From assembly GCA_051294905.1 (NCBI GenBank), contig CM119384.1, forward strand, positions 4,898,001 to 4,962,000: DNA of 64,000 bases, read 5' to 3'. The notes beneath the pieces are model-generated. The model was not told the origin of the DNA, ran no database searches, and saw only the letters and a list, made by a program, of their open reading frames with translations. The DNA comes from Botryllus schlosseri. Its lineage: Eukaryota. The position numbers were made by a program, and so were the translations under genes. Below, one piece after another: positions 61,451 to 64,000 of this stretch; the first letter of the stretch is position 1, and the number at the start of each line of letters is the position of its first letter.

Positions 61451-63907
61451 TTAGTCGAAATAGTCGTGCACGCCGGCGTTTTTAAGTATATTATCTAAAA
61501 CTTGCTTTTCCAGTTTTAAAAAGTGTCCCATGTCTATGCCTTCCGCTGCCAACTTTCGAGAAACAGTGCAGAGTGCATCAAGAACCTTCACATTGGGAGG
61601 AAGCATGTCCGAGGTCTCACGATCGATGACCTTGGGTTTATTATCATCGAAATTACATAATGTAGATTTGGGAGTATGGACATTTGTTTGAACATCATAT
61701 TTTCGTTGAGGGGCCTTCTCAATCTTATGATTTTCAGAGGTATTTTGAGAGCCTAGCACCTCTCCAGCATCTGTGATAACATCTGGACAGGGAGTATTTG
61801 TTCCTACTGATTTGGAGCGGACATGGTTTGCTTTGAATCTCTGGGACGTTTCTTCAGAAGTATTTTGAGAGCCTGGCACCTCTGCGGTAACATCTCGACA
61901 GGGAGTATTTGTTCTTACTGATTTGGAGCGGACATGGTTTGCTTTGAATCCCTGGGACGTTTCTTCAGAAGTATTTTGAGAGCCTGGCACCTCTGAGGTA
62001 ACATCTCGACAGGGAGTATTTGTTCTTACTGATTTGGAGCGGACATGGTTTGCTTTGAATCCCTGGGACGTTTCTTCAGAAGTATTTTGAGAGCCTGGCA
62101 CCTCTGCGGTAACATCTCGACAGGGAGTATTTGTTCTTACTGATTTGGAGCGGACATGGTTTGCTTTGAATCCCTGGGACGTTCGACGCGTCAAAACCAC
62201 TGTATTTACGCCTGTAGGTGAACGTGGCGAGAGTTTGATGCGTTTTGCCGGCGGTCCTGTATGTCGCCATTTTTCAAAATCAGGTACTTCGACCCGTAGG
62301 TTTTTCTTGCAGGCGTGCAAACCGCAGCGTGTTCTCCATTGCTTCACCCAATCCAGACTTAGATGTGTACCCTTGAAACCTTTTGCAAAATATTGTGCTT
62401 TCTCCAATAAAGTGTGATTATCCACATCAGATTTTTCAAGTCTAGATATATTGTACCAAGTGAGTAAATACACATCCAAATTGTCATATCTGTTCGCTGC
62501 CAGTAAATTCAACCGGTGTTCCCAAATACCTGCGACTGTCTCTTGAGAAATTCCGTAAAACAGAGCGATTTCAGAGTATGTTTTCTCTTTCTTGTAAAGT
62601 TCCTTTAGAACATGAGTGCATTCGTACAGCGACGTCATTTGTAAAGTCTGTAGTGTTTTCCGCGTCATTCTTTCTCTTTTAGCGATGCGAGCCACATCTG
62701 ACCTTCGAATTTTAAAATTACTGGCAATGTCATTAAAGTTAACTTTTTTTTCCATCTCTTCCTTAATAACAGCCAGGTCAGATGGCGACAAAATTACTGT
62801 GTCCTGCAAACCAAACTTTTCCTTCCAACAATTTGGGAAATCGTCAGGTGGTTCGTAATCGTCATAACATAGTATTTCCGCAAAATGACGCGCCATTTCC
62901 AGTAGAGCTCCAGCACAAACGACCTGTCCCGCAGATGCGGGACCGTTGTACCACGCCAACAGCGCGCGATCGAGATCGGAAATTTGTTGTTTGCTATGGA
63001 TTTTAGTCCCAAAATTGCAAAGTTCAAGTTTCTCCTGCAAAAGCATCCTGGCGCATTCTCCGTTTTTCAAATTGGCACCGACTGAGGATGGAACGATAGG
63101 ATTACTGTCTTGTGACGTATATTTGGTCGATATAACTTTGAGTGTCTCACTTTTCGTATTCTTGGACTTGTTGGTTTTCGTTTTAGGACTAACTACAACC
63201 TTGCCATGAAAAAGTCCGTATTTAATTGTCGGGCCGCCCACAATTGAAGGAATTTTGTGACGTTTCCGCCAAATATTGAACCACTTCTTTGGAGGATAAA
63301 AATCACCGTAATTTAAATATCCTACGAATTCACTCACTTTTTCTTCAAGTCGTGTGTGGTCAATGCAAACTTGTGTGCGTTTTATTTTATTAAACCAAGT
63401 CAATAACGCATCGTCGATTATCGCAAGCCGTTTCTCTGATCTGAGTTTGTCACGGACGTTCCATTCGCAAGTTTTCTGACGATCTTTTGTCAAGCAAGCG
63501 GCACAGCTCAAATCGCTATCGGAGATTTCGAGAAAGGAAGAATTTGGTTTCTCGCTCTCAATTACTTCTGTCATTTGAGACGGTCGAGGACAGGCTAAAC
63601 TGATTCCGTGGCGTTTGCGCCAACGTTGATACCAACCCTTTTTCAGATTCAACCCATCCAACTTCATATCTTTGATGAGTTTCTCTGTCTCAAGCTTCAA
63701 CGTTTTGATATCAGGACGAATGTTTTTGCCATGCTTGGCGCCATTGTACCATGACCATAAAGCATCACCGAGCTGTTTATGATGATCGCTCGAAATGTGA
63801 GAGTTTGATGCCATTTTTTTTTTCGACTTCAACTTGCATACCGGTCTTTTTTTTCTTGAGACTTTGTCGGGCGGTTTCTTGGAGGGCATCTCGCGCTTAA
63901 CAGCCAT
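61451..63907 (-). CDS. Intronless CENP-B/Tigger(pogo)-derived DNA-binding protein, 818 aa: four CENP-B/Tc5-type HTH domains, two psq-like HTH, no DDE domain
   Basis: Four repeats of LDxALLxWYN...L.EKA..F......W...W..RHGI-like motif; psq-like NFNDIASNFKIRRSDVARI and TYSEIALFYGISQETVAGI; C-terminal VKVLDALCTV...LKLEKQV resembles the Tigger/CENP-B tail; no DETG/DN/QPLDQG catalytic motifs seen. Confidence 0.85.
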   Translation of the reverse strand: MAVKREMPSKKPPDKVSRKKRPVCKLKSKKKMASNSHISSDHHKQLGDALWSWYNGAKHGKNIRPDIKTLKLETEKLIKDMKLDGLNLKKGWYQRWRKRHGISLACPRPSQMTEVIESEKPNSSFLEISDSDLSCAACLTKDRQKTCEWNVRDKLRSEKRLAIIDDALLTWFNKIKRTQVCIDHTRLEEKVSEFVGYLNYGDFYPPKKWFNIWRKRHKIPSIVGGPTIKYGLFHGKVVVSPKTKTNKSKNTKSETLKVISTKYTSQDSNPIVPSSVGANLKNGECARMLLQEKLELCNFGTKIHSKQQISDLDRALLAWYNGPASAGQVVCAGALLEMARHFAEILCYDDYEPPDDFPNCWKEKFGLQDTVILSPSDLAVIKEEMEKKVNFNDIASNFKIRRSDVARIAKRERMTRKTLQTLQMTSLYECTHVLKELYKKEKTYSEIALFYGISQETVAGIWEHRLNLLAANRYDNLDVYLLTWYNISRLEKSDVDNHTLLEKAQYFAKGFKGTHLSLDWVKQWRTRCGLHACKKNLRVEVPDFEKWRHTGPPAKRIKLSPRSPTGVNTVVLTRRTSQGFKANHVRSKSVRTNTPCRDVTAEVPGSQNTSEETSQGFKANHVRSKSVRTNTPCRDVTSEVPGSQNTSEETSQGFKANHVRSKSVRTNTPCRDVTAEVPGSQNTSEETSQRFKANHVRSKSVGTNTPCPDVITDAGEVLGSQNTSENHKIEKAPQRKYDVQTNVHTPKSTLCNFDDNKPKVIDRETSDMLPPNVKVLDALCTVSRKLAAEGIDMGHFLKLEKQVLDNILKNAGVHDYFD
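61733..62182 (-). repeat. Coding tandem repeat, 111-bp (37-aa) unit x4
   Basis: Units 62182-62072, 62071-61961 and 61960-61850 nearly identical; fourth unit diverged with a 6-bp insertion. Confidence 0.97.
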
Positions 63908-64000
63908 AGATATTATCCAAACGTAAACGAATACTTGATAAGGTATCTTACAATGTCAAATATATATTACCATTTCCGGCAGCTGACCTGATAGAAAAAA

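Overview
Eukaryotic, AT-rich animal DNA with introns. It is probably an invertebrate chordate such as an ascidian; this is inferred from gene content and intron positions and not proven. Three protein-coding genes lie on the minus strand. (1) The N-terminal two-thirds of a FoxP transcription factor: 10 phase-compatible exons, about 36.5 kb down to 788, covering the Q-rich region, C2H2 zinc finger and leucine zipper. The forkhead domain should lie beyond the left edge. (2) A complete 6-exon RNF139/TRC8-family RING-H2 E3 ligase (57562-52327, 637 aa). (3) An intronless 818-aa CENP-B/Tigger-derived multi-HTH protein with no DDE domain and a 37-aa tandem repeat. The rest is dense with non-autonomous transposons: nested hAT-type MITEs with readable 8-bp TSDs, tRNA-derived SINEs, minisatellite-bearing MITEs and a decayed LINE. 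Two hidden signals stand out. First, a family of about 10 short repeats carries a minimal type-I hammerhead ribozyme fold with a pseudoknot; two have intact cores, and one of those is sense-oriented in a FoxP intron. Second, five 10-29 bp CATGGCC...GGCCATG palindromes each sit between perfect 7-bp duplications and look like P-element excision footprints. One of them duplicated the RNF139 splice donor in the middle of the RING domain.
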